A DNA stretch of 64,000 nt. Source: Selaginella moellendorffii (taxonomy: Eukaryota > Plantae > Lycopodiophyta). This document shows, piece by piece, positions 1-11,609 of this stretch. The position numbers and the translations under genes were made by a program. The first letter of the stretch is position 1. Each line of letters starts with the position of its first letter. Location of the stretch: contig NW_003314302.1 in NCBI RefSeq assembly GCF_000143415.4, positions 1,057,820-1,121,819 on the forward strand, given 5' to 3'. The notes beneath the pieces were generated by a model that was not told the origin of the DNA, ran no database searches, and saw only the letters and a list, made by a program, of their open reading frames with translations.

Positions 1-2126
1 ACTCCGAGAACGTCAGCTTCCTGATTTCATTATAGATGCTCTCCACGTCCAAAGTGGGACTGCTCAGCTTCGCTGTGGCTGCTGCGTTCTCTTCCATCAG
101 GTCTTTGGTGATGTCTATCTCGTCCAGAGCATCCTTGATACCGGCGAGTGCATCATTCTGGGACGAAGCTGAAGATGACGGGGGAGACATGTTGTACTCT
201 CCGGATCGAAGGCCCAGGTAGTATTCGTACAATCCTGGTCTTGGCGAGTGACCCTTTCCCGCAAGTTTTGCAGGTGCTGCGGTGGCACTGGATTGCTTAT
301 TGGCTTCAACACCTGCATGCTCACAAGTCATTTGGTGCAAAGAGCGTTTGCAAACTCGGCAACTTACAGGAAAGAATTGTTTCAAGGTGAGTTGACGTTC
401 TTAGCTCTTCGAGGTTTTCACTTTGAGTTGACAAGATTTCATCAGTCTTCTCTTCTTTGCCAGGTTCCGGTTCGTTCTGCCAAAAGCGAAAAAACAGTGA
501 TCTATCTATCTAGATGCGATTTCAGTGGCGTACCTTAGCTTGGTCCGGAATTGTGTCGGATGTCTTTTTTTCTTCGTCTCGCACAAGGTCGTGGTGAGTG
601 ACAGCCTTTTCCGCTAACTCACTGGTCACTCTCTGCACAATGGCTTTCAGAGCAGCTGCCGCAGACGCCGAAAGCAAATCGCCTTCCTCGTCTCCAACAC
701 CGAACGAAGCTCTTGTCGACAGAGCCGGTGATTTAGACGAGGCTCTGCTTCCCGCAGCTGGCGAAGGCGCATATGGCGAGACTTTTCCATTTCTCTCGGA
801 TACAGCCGGTGAACTTTTGCTATCTTTCAACGAAGCCAACGAGGCCCTCGACGTGTTTTTGCTCGAGCTATCTGCGGCGATGTCAGCTGGAACGGTCTGG
901 GACTTGAAAACCTCGGGAAGTGGAGCAGGTGAAGCGCTCCTGCTGCTATGTCTCTTGGCGATCTCGACTGCCACAGCCGGTGAGGAATGTCTACTAGCCT
1001 GACTTATAATCTGTGCCGGCGACGGGCTTCTGCTAACATGCCTCCTGAAACTACTCAACAGTTGCCTAGGAGAGGATGCTCTGGATTCTACGTCTGCATG
1101 CGCTGGTGATGGTGCTCGAGACGATGCTTTCGACTCTGCAGCAGAATGCAACACCGGTGCCAGCGACAAACCTCTAGACTCGAGGGTGGTGATCTTTGGT
1201 GATGAACCTCTGCACTCGCAAACCAGTGGCCGAGGAGCGGGCGATGGTGTCCTGCTGCTAAGTCTCCTCAAAGTGGAGTTTGCACTCTCTTCCAACTTTT
1301 CCTGACTGACAACCGGAACTTCAGCCGCAGGTACTTCGGATGGCGGCGATGGAGCTCGCGGCGATGGAGCTCTTGACGAGGCTCTGGATGAAGCTCTCGA
1401 CTCGGCGGCTAAGGCTGCCGAGGCAACGAGATCGTCGGGAGGAAGAAGCTCTTGTGAAGCCGCGACGATCGGCTCAGCGGCAGGAGAAGCTGCAGTGCTT
1501 TTCGGTGTCGAGGCTCGGGAATCCGTGACGTTTGGCTGCGGAGCTGGTGTTCTGATAAGCTGCTGTCTCCTCGCCGAGAGTAACGAAGAGGTACTAGTGA
1601 AGTTTATATTCACTGCTACATTCCTCTCCTCCAACTTCTCTATCACCGATTGACAGGAGTAGCAGAGTTGGAACTCGGGTGGTGGCGATGGAGCTCTGAT
1701 CAATCCAGCAGCAGTGGAAGTATCCAAAGCAGGCTCCAGGATCTCGGCCTCCAAAACTTGGGCGGTTTCCACAACCTCGGCAGTGTCCACTACTTCGGCA
1801 GTAGCGGAGGAATCCAAGCCAGGCTCGGCGAATTCAGCAGCAGCTGGGAAGTCCCCGGAGTCGAGAGTAGCGGCGGATTGCACGTCACTTCCAAGTTGCG
1901 TCGCGATTGAATCGCTCGTAGGCCGGGGCGAAGAACTGGAATCTCTGAAACTCGGGCCAATCTGTGGCCGTGGAGCCGGCGAGGGCGATCGAGCGGCGAC
2001 TTCTTCGTTTCTCTTCGCTGCTGCCAAGGCACAAGAGGTGCTTTTGTTGCAATTCGCCGCTCTCACACTCTGCGCGACGTTCCCTACTGCTGTTTCAGTG
2101 CTCTCTTTCGATGCTCCACACCCCAT
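1..2126 (-). CDS. Ser/Pro/Ala-rich, probably disordered protein with N-terminal myristoylation/palmitoylation signal (MGCGASK); 3' end runs off window
   Basis: ORF 522-2126. Spliced model read by eye: exons 2126-534, 476-368, 312-<1, with GT-AG introns of 57 and 55 bp that keep the frame (..DQAK|NEPEPGKEEK..ILS|CVEANKQ..). Confidence 0.75.
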
Positions 2127-2779
2127 TTTCCACAGAAAAGAAGAATCTTTGCTCTCGCGCTCGCGCTAGAAGAAGATGGCTCCTTCTCCTTCGTTCATCG
2201 TGCCCTAAAAACCATAACTAACTATCGCGCGGCATTTTTCTCTTTTGAATGCCAGCCGTTGGATGGGAGCGACGAAAATCTTCCATACTAGGAGAGAGCA
2301 TATTCTCCGGGGTCACCTACCCACATTTAGAAAAGCGCGCCTTACGGATAGGATTTTTAATCCAACGGTCGATCGCGTGGCGCATTCCGGAGTGCCCAAT
2401 CGTGCGGCTGGGACGAGCTGACGGTACGGGTACGGCAGACCCCTTCGTTCTGCCGCATCCTTAGTGCTCGAGGCTTTGATCGTCCGTCGCCGGGGAAAGG
2501 AAAGCTCCCTAGGGCACTGGATCTGGAGCGCACAGCAGCGGCATTGCCAGGGCCAGATCGATCTTGCTCGTCGCGGCGGCCAGGAGTTTGTAGCGCGCGG
2601 CCGAGGTTTGTAGGAGAGAGAGGGATTTCCCGGCGGAGCTGCTAGCCCGCTGTGTTGGCGGGATCTCTCCGGCTCCGGCATGAGAGCGGCATTCTAAGGC
2701 GCTAGAATCTCAGCTAGGGCTTTGCGAGCGCGCGATTCTCTTTGTCGGAAATCCCCCGGTCTTTCTCGAGAATCCTGCC
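2127..2779. promoter_or_regulatory. Divergent (bidirectional) promoter region
   Basis: GC-rich ~650-bp interval between head-to-head ATGs at 2126 (-) and 2780 (+). Confidence 0.5.
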
Positions 2780-4018
2780 ATGGCGACGACAACGGCCTCC
2801 CCAGAAGCGGCCATAGCGGAGGCGTCGCTAGTGGCGGATAGCGACATTGTCCGAGAGATTGGGCTGGTTCTCAACAGCGCCGACTTGTCCACCACGTCCA
2901 TGAGCGACATAAGGGCGGTGCTGGAGAAGAACTTGGGGGTGGAGCTCGCCCACAAGAAGGATTTCATCCGGCAGCAAGTCGATGAGTTCCTGGCACACAA
3001 CACGAGCCTGGGATCCTTGGTCAAGGGCGACGAGGAGGCGAATGCCACTGCTCCGGCGCAGGAGGAGCAGCAGGGCACTGCCGAGGATTCGCTTCCAAAC
3101 GATCAGGAGCTCGAGCAATTCAGAGAGAACATCGAGCTCGCGATCGAAGACAGGTAACTCTCTTCTTTTCTAGTTCGTTTGTTTTTCTTTGTTTTGTTCT
3201 TTTGGGTTCTAATGCCGCTCTTGTGTTGCAGTACTCCCAAGGAGAAGAAGAAGCGGGGAGGACTTAACAAGCTCTGCCGTCTCTCGCCGGAGCTCCAGGC
3301 AATTATAGGAGAGGAATCCTTGCCTAGGACCCAGGTAGGCTTGTTTTTCTTTTCCTGAAAGCATTTTTTTAGCTTGCTTGCATTGCTCGTCTCGTCGTCA
3401 GGTGGTGAAGCAGCTCTGGGTTTACATCCGTGCTCACAACTTACAAGATCCCGAGAACAAGAGGAACATCATTTGCGATGATCCCTTGCGTGAGCTGTTT
3501 GGGACGGACCAAACTGACATGTTCCAAATGAATAAGCTTTTATCCAAGCACATTTGGACTATAACCGAAGAGGGTGAGTGTTTTGGCTTTTGCCCGAGTC
3601 AAAATGGTGACCACAAAGATTGCTTCCTTGATTGTGCAGGGGCCGAAGATTCGGAGCCCAAGACAAAGAGGCAGAAGAAGGATTCCGGGAAAGGGAAAGC
3701 GTCGGGATTCCTTGTCCCATCTCCGATCTCAGACGCCCTCCAAAAGTTTTTTGGTACTGGCGAAAGCGAGGTGACGAGGAGCGAGGTCGTAAAGCGGATT
3801 TGGGACTACATTAGGAGCAACCAACTTCAGGTAGCTCTCAACGACAAAACTCTCTCTTTTCTCACAGGTTTAATGTTGCGTTTACTTGTGCGCAGGATCC
3901 TACCGATAAGAAGAAGATCCTCTGTGACAATAAACTACAGGAGCTTTTTGAATGCGATAGCTTCTTGGGGTTTACCATGCCCAAGCTTCTGGCCTCGCAC
4001 TTCGTGACATCCTCCTGA
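2780..4018 (+). CDS. DEK-C plus double SWIB/MDM2 domain protein (UAF30/Tri1-like)
   Basis: Exons 2780-3153, 3232-3334, 3402-3573, 3640-3830, 3896-4018 with GT-AG introns. DEK-C motif (ADLSTTSMSDIRAVLEKNLGVEL..KDFIRQQVD) and two SWIB motifs (VVKQLWVYIRAHNLQDPENKRNIICDD; VVKRIWDYIRSNQLQDPTDKKKILCD). Confidence 0.9.
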
Positions 4019-4420
4019 CTGACACAACCGGTGAGCAATTTCATCTGCCTAGTTCCCAGAAACTTTGTCTAACGTCGAGCTTTCCCTGGCAGGTCACAAT
4101 AAGGTAAAGGACATATACACTATACTTCCTTGCTCGCGAAGCTACAAAACACTCACACAGCAGACAGGAACTCATAGGTACGTGAATCGTGATCTTCCTC
4201 ACGACATAGTATATTTATAATTGCAGATAGACAGACTTCTGTTACTACTACTGAAGCTTTGTGCTGCTGCTGGTGGCTATTGCTTCTAAGAGAAGCATTT
4301 CAGCTCACAGGGGCAGTAGAACACTGACTGTAATTTCTATTAACTTTTGTATTCATTCTTGGAAACGAAAGACTGTCTAGAGCTCCGGGAAGATGAAAAC
4401 GATCGATAAGATGTTGGATC

Positions 4421-4878
4421 TCACACTTTCTGGAGCTGCCAAAGCTGATTAGTCAGCCGATCAGGATGGCAGTCTTGGAAGTCTATAAGCGAACTTCCTA
4501 TTCGAAAAAAGCATAGAAGTGAGAATCTTACCACCTCCTTGGGTGCTATTCCATGACGCAGGTAAAGACCGCTCCTTTCATTCATCAGAGCGAATCCAAA
4601 GCCACCATAAGCATCCTGGAAGCGGCCCAAACGGAACGATTGCTCCCAGATCTAAACAACAGGAAACGTAAATTGTGAGACAGACAAACAAACAAGAAAG
4701 GAAGAACGAAAACCTGAGCGTCGTCCCCATCCTTTAAGTTGGTTAGAATCGCAGACCCATTCTTGTCGATTGAAACAACTTTAGAAGACGTTGAAACGAT
4801 TCTTAGCTTCTGGGATGACGATACTTCATCAAACACACCAACAAGAAGAAGAAGAAGAAGAAGGAAGAAGACAACCAT
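4421..4878 (-). CDS. Signal-peptide Euonymus-lectin (EUL/ricin-B)-like protein, C-terminal part apparently deleted (possible pseudogene)
   Basis: Hydrophobic leader MVVFFLLLLLLLVG; exons 4878-4714 and from 4651; DDAQ|IW and NQLW QxW motifs; same first-intron position as the 54174-54782 paralog; third exon much shorter than the paralog's. Confidence 0.6.
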
Positions 4879-5020
4879 GTTTTTGCCAAAGGAGAAGAAG
4901 CCCTTGTAGAAACAAACACAAGAAAAACGCTTGAGGAAGATCGAAAAGAACTGGCTGCGAACTTGGAGGTGAAACACATTTTGTGTTTGTGTCCTTTGTC
5001 CTCTCAAGGACAAAACTATG

Positions 5021-5220
5021 TGATCAATGGATTCTTCTTACTTCTTAGGAATAAAATCACTCTAAAGTTTTTGTGTTAAGACATAAGCGCATTGCGATAT
5101 GTAATCCATGGATTTTTCTTGCTTCTTAGGAATAAAATCGCTCTAAAGTTAAGACATAAGCGCATTGAGATATGTAATCAATGGATTTTGCTTACTTCTT
5201 AGGAATACAATCACTCTAAG
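5021..5220. repeat. ~70-bp imperfect tandem triplication
   Basis: ATC(A/C)ATGGATT..CTTCTTAGGAATA(A/C)AATC(A/G)CTCTAA occurs three times, with TAAGACATAAGCGCATTG between units. Confidence 0.85.
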
Positions 5221-7850
5221 CATCTTGTGCTATGCTTGGGCCTTCTTGAGTGAATGTAGCATCCTGTTCTTGTTCCTGGGCTTGAGACTCATCTGGCTTA
5301 GACCCATGCTTTGCAGCAGCTTGCACCACTCTGTCCTGCACGGCTGTTGTTGATGGAGAGGTTGCCAACTCCAGTTTACTTGTCCTGGGCTGTCCTCCAA
5401 GCCACTCAAGAATAACCCTGAGTGGCGCTTGCAAAACTCTGGACAGAGAACAAAAGACAATGCAGAGACTTTTAGAGCTGCAAGGCCCAAAAAAGCTTCA
5501 TTTCTACCTCAGATCAGCGGCAAAGTCGTCTGCACTCTCGTATGACTGAAGTCGTTGATAGATTAACTACAAAAGAAGCACCGGTTATACAAAATTGTCG
5601 CTCGAATCAAATCGTCTTTCGGTTTAACCTGTACGATAGCAATCACTCCAAGCAATTGAAGAGTTTTCTCCCACTCTGCCAAGATAGATGGGTATTACCA
5701 ATGGAGTAATTTCTCTCTTCTTACCAGACAAAGCATAAATAGAAGCAAGAGATCCCTGCATTCAAGCAGCGTGATAAGAATAGGATCTTAAGAGCTTGAA
5801 AACATAACCACTGACCACAGCTATAGCAGCTATTCCAGCTGGTTTGAGTTCCTCCACAACTGCCTCGGTTTCCTGGCACGACAAATCTTTGTTACCACAC
5901 AGCAGGACAACTTGCGTTGAAATACAAACCTCCTTGAGAATTTTGAGTGGTGTTTCTTGTCCTTCAGGCTTTTGTCCTAGGCCGGTTTTCAACCAGGCAG
6001 CAAATCCACCCTCTAGACGATACGATCTCTACATGCAAAATTGCAACGTCAGTGGAAGAGAGATCAAACCGGCGATGCCTACTCTTATCCCGACTTTTCT
6101 CAATGCTTTTGCAATTTTCTTCGATTGAGTACCATCAGCGTCCATGACGACAACCTTTGAGGTGGACTGCATTGCAGTCAGAAAGAGTTAGAAATGGAGG
6201 GTTTGGATCCGATTGCTACTCACCGTGACGTTTCTCAAGTTGCAAATCAAGGTTGCTGTTAGCAAGCTATTTACATCATCTGCACTTCTCAAGAGATCTC
6301 GCACAGGACGCTCTACCTGAACTGAAATTTGTATGCATCAGGAATAGAGATATATGCATATATATCCGCTTACCTCCAGGCCAGTAATGCTCGCAAGCTT
6401 AAATCGAGCTCCTCTTCTGACGTCCGGAACACCATCTCGCTCTTTTAATTCCTGGAGTTTTGGCGAGAGAATGAACACCCCCCAATAATCAAGAGTTTGA
6501 GCTAACCTGCGGCCGTACGTCGACGAGCACAACCTTCTCCTTTTTAAGCATGTCAAACACAGTATCTGCCGAAAGATCGCCAGCATAACCACCATACTTC
6601 GAGTCCCAAAGTAAAAACCTGGAAAGGCAAGCCACTCGATTTCTTTCAGTGTTGCATTTACAAACTTCTTACCCCACGTAAGCACTTCCACCTCCAACCA
6701 GAAATATCGGAATGATAGGATTTTCGGGATCAATACCCACGGCTTTTTCCAAGCTCACAGCAGCATCAAAAGACTGTGCATTGTTCCAAAGCATGAACTA
6801 GAGAGAGAAAGAGAAATCACAAAATACCTGATGTAGTACCGAACTCAATGGCGCAAAAACGTTTTGCTCCGCACTGCTCAGGGCGTTCTGTACTTCGGAT
6901 GGCGCTGAGCCTTTCGCTAAGCTGTACACGTCCGATACAGCATGGCCAACTCCTCCAACGCCATTCTTCACGAATATGACGACCTCCTTGAGCGCATTGT
7001 TGACGGGAGTTCCAGTCCGAAAGGGACTCGTAAGATCTATCGAAAGACCGGGGGGATTCGACGACGGCTGATCATCAACCTTCTCCCCAGCTCCCTTTAT
7101 CACCCTCAAGATGGATCCGTTGATACTGTCATACGCGTCCTGGATAGAGTTCTCAGCCTTGTTTATAGATCCTGTGATGGAGTCCCTGATCCCACCGAAG
7201 AAGTTCGCGCCACTCTCTTGGATCTCGGACAGTGTGCTCGAGACATCCTCAGCCGCGCCTTTCAACGCATCGGAGGCCTCCTTCGCGGCCGAAGATAATG
7301 GATTTCCACCCAGCTCTCCTCCATCCGGTACGTCTAGAACACCACCACCTTGACTCTCTTCTCCAGGAGCCAATGAAAAGTCTGGTATCAAGTCATCGCC
7401 ACCTTGGGGTGGTGCTTCCAGCTGAGGAGCTTCCACTGCATCACTGGAAAAAATGCCGGGCTTGGGCAAATCGCTGTCACTGGCAACCTCTGGCAAATAC
7501 ATCGCTCCAGTCCCAGAAGAAAGACTAGAGGCATCATCTCCTGGAAAATTTGATGCTCCAGCACTGGATGAGACATCATCGGCAAGTACTTCATCGACGA
7601 ATTTCAAACCACCGCTGTGAATTCCCTTGTTTCCTAAACTGAAAGCCCTCCACCTCGCAGCAAGCTTGTCCGAGCTAGAAGCAAGATGACTTACAAACGG
7701 TCCATGGGACCGATTCCAGGAAATCTGCGAAGAAAACCATGAATCCGCTACTAGAACACGAGCGAGAGAACTTACCTGAGATCCTGGCGCCGACGCCACA
7801 ACCGGCTTGTAGAGATTGCAATTCACAGCAGCAGTAGCAGCAGTGGCCAT
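5216..7850 (-). CDS. Chloroplast rhodanese-domain / calcium-sensing-receptor-like thylakoid protein (multi-exon)
   Basis: Transit-peptide-like N-terminus; motifs ERDGVPDVRRGARFKLASI, ETPLKILKE and LATSPSTTAVQDRVVQAAAKHGSKP resemble the Arabidopsis At3g59780-type rhodanese family (from memory); stop at 5216. Confidence 0.8.
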
Positions 7851-7930
7851 GGCGCATTCTTTTCCTTGCGCCTCAGATCATCGTCCCCATACCATCGATC
7901 GAGGAAGAGACCTCGAAATAAATCCCAAAC

Positions 7931-7940
7931 GCTGACGTGG
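7931..7940. promoter_or_regulatory. G-box-like/bZIP element GCTGACGTGG in the 157-bp gap upstream of the plastid rhodanese-like gene
   Basis: TGACGTGG core ~85 bp upstream of ATG 7850. Confidence 0.35.
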
Positions 7941-8007
7941 AGTTTGGTATCTGGCACTGCCCAATAGGAGCCGTGACTACGTGGCAGTTTCTCAGCCAAT
8001 AGTACAC

Positions 8008-10188
8008 CTACACGAAGGCCGTAGCATACACATTGGCTAGCAAAATGTAAGTCGTTGGATGCCGGGGATCGACGGCCGAGATTTGTCCTGCGGCTCTCTG
8101 GGCCCTCTCCTCGTCCCCTTGTACGATACAAGACGAGAGCAATGCTCTCCACGCGACTCCATCGGCCTCGTACGGCATGTCTAGGACGAGTTCTTGTGCT
8201 CGATCGATCTGGCCGGATCGTCCCAGGAGGTCAATCATACAAATGTAGTGATCGATCACGAGATTCACACCAAAATCCTTGAGAATTCCCCGGAAAAACG
8301 CGAATCCCTCGTCAAACATCCCGCCATGGCTGCACGCCGACACAATCGACACGAGGCTCGCGAAATTGGGGCCGATTCCTTCGAGCAGCATCCGGAAGAA
8401 CAACTCTAGCATCGATCCCAGCTCGCCAATTCGCGCGTACCCATGGATCATCGCGTTCCACGCCGCCAAATCCCGCCTGGACAGCTCCTCAAAGATGGAG
8501 CTGGTGAGGGAGATATCCCCACACTGGGCATACATGTTTAGCAGGGCGGTCTCGATTTGGGGGTGGGATTCGAAACCCCGACCTCCCTCTGTGATGCGGC
8601 GGTGGATCTCTTTGCCCTGCTCCACGTCGGAAAGATTCGCACAAATCTCCAGCGCCACCGCGAATGTGACTCGATCCGGGGATACATCCATGGCGCGAAA
8701 TAGCGCCAGCGCCTCATCGTTTCTATCGTCCCCGGAATATGCCGATATCATCATGTTCCACGAGACAACGTTCTTTTGGGGCATTTGATCGAAAAATCTC
8801 TCCCTTGCCACGTCAATCTCTCCAAGGTTTATCAATCCCGAAACCATGGAGTTCCACGAAACCACGTCCCTCCGTGGCATTAGATCAAAGAATCTTTCAG
8901 CATGGTCGAAGTACCCGTTCTGGGCATATGCCGCTACCATGGCATTCCAGCTTACCAGATCTCGCCCGTCCATTTTCCTAAAGGTAATTTCCGACTGTTC
9001 GATCTGGCCATTTTGTCCGTACGCCGCGACCATCACGTTCCAAGAAAATATTGTCCACTTACACATTCTTGAGAATAGGGTTCTTGAGGAGTCCAGGTCG
9101 CCATTCTGGGCAAACGCAGCGATCAAGATGTGCCAAGACACAATGTCCGCCTTTGGTAGATCTTCGAAGAGCTCCTTCGCGGCGACCATATCGCGCGCCT
9201 CGGCCTCGGCGGTAAGAATCGCGTTCCAAGAAACGATGTCGGTCGCAGGAAATCTCTCAAACAGGCCTTTGGCATCGAGTAAGCGGCCGATCTGGACGAA
9301 TCCGGAGATCGTCGCGTTCCAGGACACCAGATCCCGCTCAGGCATCGCGTCCAAGCAGCGCGTCGCCTGGTCCATGTCCCCGATCGATGCGTAGGCCGTC
9401 AGGATCGCGTTCCAGGAAACGATATTTCGGCACGGCATCCTCAAGAACATCGTTCTTGCCCAGTCCAGCTCCTGGTTCTCGGCGTAGCAAGTGATCAGGA
9501 TCGTCCAGGAGAAGACATTGGTCTCGGGCGAGAGATCGAAGAGAAATTTCGCCCGAGGCAGCTCGCCGCTCTCGGCATAGGCAGCGACGATCGCGTTCCA
9601 AGACACGACGTTCCTGAGCGGCATCCGGTCGAAGATCTGGCAGGCCTGGAGGAGATCGTCGTGCTGCGCGCACGCCGTGACGATGAAATTCCAGGACGTG
9701 ACATTCCTCTCCCTCATCGCATCGAAGATGGCCAGGGCGCGGCGGAGATCTCCGCTGTGGATGTAGGCAACGAGCATCGCGTTCCAGGACACCACATCCC
9801 TCTCCAGCATCGACGAGAAGATCCTCTCGGCGTCATGGATCTCGCAGCTCTGGGCACAGGCCGTGAGCATCGAGTTCCAGGACACGAGATTCCGGCACGG
9901 CATTCGCTGGAACAGCGCCCCAGCGTGGTGGAATCCAGCGGATTGGAGCGTGGCAGCGAGAAGGATCGTCCAGGAGTAGACATTGCGATCGATGATCCTT
10001 TCGAAGGCAGCGCGGGCGTCTTGGATGCTGCCACAGTCGCCATACATTCTCACCAGGAGATTGCCCAGGTAGGTGTGGCGATCGAAGCCATAGCTGGCGA
10101 GATGCCCGTGCAGGTCCCTAGCGTCTTGGAGAGACTTGAGGCTCCCACACTCGCGGATCCTTGAGGCATATGCCTCGATCGTATACAT
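8008..10188 (-). CDS. PLS-class (E-type) pentatricopeptide repeat protein with a long run of 31-aa S motifs
   Basis: Intronless ORF; repeated 'R(D/N)VVSWNAM' units; C-terminal ACSHGG..HYICMIDLLGRSG..MPYEADGVAWRALL..YILLANVY E domain; no DYW; first ATG at 10188. Confidence 0.93.
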   Translation of the reverse strand: MYTIEAYASRIRECGSLKSLQDARDLHGHLASYGFDRHTYLGNLLVRMYGDCGSIQDARAAFERIIDRNVYSWTILLAATLQSAGFHHAGALFQRMPCRNLVSWNSMLTACAQSCEIHDAERIFSSMLERDVVSWNAMLVAYIHSGDLRRALAIFDAMRERNVTSWNFIVTACAQHDDLLQACQIFDRMPLRNVVSWNAIVAAYAESGELPRAKFLFDLSPETNVFSWTILITCYAENQELDWARTMFLRMPCRNIVSWNAILTAYASIGDMDQATRCLDAMPERDLVSWNATISGFVQIGRLLDAKGLFERFPATDIVSWNAILTAEAEARDMVAAKELFEDLPKADIVSWHILIAAFAQNGDLDSSRTLFSRMCKWTIFSWNVMVAAYGQNGQIEQSEITFRKMDGRDLVSWNAMVAAYAQNGYFDHAERFFDLMPRRDVVSWNSMVSGLINLGEIDVARERFFDQMPQKNVVSWNMMISAYSGDDRNDEALALFRAMDVSPDRVTFAVALEICANLSDVEQGKEIHRRITEGGRGFESHPQIETALLNMYAQCGDISLTSSIFEELSRRDLAAWNAMIHGYARIGELGSMLELFFRMLLEGIGPNFASLVSIVSACSHGGMFDEGFAFFRGILKDFGVNLVIDHYICMIDLLGRSGQIDRAQELVLDMPYEADGVAWRALLSSCIVQGDEERAQRAAGQISAVDPRHPTTYILLANVYATAFV

Positions 10189-10212
10189 TCTCCGGCTCTT
10201 TCTAACCTGAAG

Positions 10213-11560
10213 TTTATTGGTTATGGTGACCACATGAAGGCTTATAAGCTCAACAGCCTTTCCAGTTCAAAAATCCTTCACAGTCGTGATGTGATCTTTG
10301 ATGAGCCTCGGACTTATCCTACTCCCAGTCTTCCCACAGCCATCGAGCCCCCAGTCAAGCGTCAACAGTTTGAGGCAATTAACAGTGATGGAGCACTTGT
10401 AGCACTATTCGGCATTGGAAATGGAACTCCACTCTTACTACTGGACACCAGCGGCATCCAGGCACAGGTGATGCAGCCTCGGGAGTGCATGACCTTGCTA
10501 AGGCAGGAATAGGGGAGTTAGGCTTAGGTGGGAGTACTTCGCATCCTCAACCTCACAGATCTACCAAACTCCACAAGCTCAAGCTAGGGAGCATGCCCAG
10601 ATTGATCCTAGCAACTCCGATGCTTTTTACTATCCTTCTGCTCTTCCAACATTAAAGCAAACCATCCTCAAGCTTCCTCCCCAGTTTTTCAACTACTCTT
10701 CTCCGAAGGGCAAGATATTCTAGCCCCCAAGAATTTGCATGAAAGCTTTCTCCAGTCCAAAGTGATAGCAGCGACAGGCAGCTGCAAATTTGGAGTACTC
10801 ATCCCTGATGGAGAATGATACTTCAGAGCTTGTTGATTTACCAAGTTAGGAACCAATCAAGATGATGTGAATTTTTCACATGGACAGTAGTGTTGTCAAA
10901 TATAAGGCCAGATTAGTAAGAAAAGGTTATTCTCAGATTACAATGAAATGTTCTCTCTAGTTGTGAAGATGCCTCCATCTGCATGCTACTTAATCTTGCT
11001 GCCCAAGAGCATTCAAAGTGGAGCAGCTTGATGTCACTACACCATTTCTCTATAGCAATTTCAATGAGGAAGTTTATGTTCTTCAGCCAGAAGGATATAT
11101 TGTCCCAGGCCAGGAGCGCCAGGAGTGCTTAAGAAGGCTTTATATGGACTGAAGCAATCTCCAAGGCAGTGGTATACCAAGACGATTAGTTATCTCCTTT
11201 CAATTGGCTTTCTTTAACACTTCAAGTGACACAAATGTCTATTTAGGCAAGTTAAAGGTTTGATTTGCTCTATATGTGGATGACTGTCTCCTCTTTGGTC
11301 CCACAAGAAAAATGTCATAGCAGTTTAAATGTGAGCTTCAAGCACGCTTCAAGATGGTGGATCTCAGCCTTGCTTGTTTTTGCTTAGTCATTAAGATCTC
11401 AGGTAATGCAGCTCAATTCAGCATTAAGATTTCAGCATAAGGATATAGAGGAGATCCTTGCTAAGTTTGCATTAGCCAAGTTGAAGCCCATGGAAGCTAC
11501 ACTTCATCTCAGCATGACACAAGCACCTCAAACACTTGAAAAACATGCATAGTAGTCTAG
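10213..11560 (+). mobile_element. Degenerate Ty1/copia integrase-RT remnant
   Basis: [44 protein letters not shown] and LYVDD motifs broken by stops and frameshifts. Confidence 0.85.
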
Positions 11561-11609
11561 TGTATTTTATGGTGTCTATACATCTATACCTAGTGGTTGC
11601 AGAAAGGTG

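Noticed and set aside
598-2169. Antisense ORFs over gene 1 (and likewise over the PPRs and pol genes)
   Set aside because: Shadow ORFs expected from codon bias opposite real CDSs.
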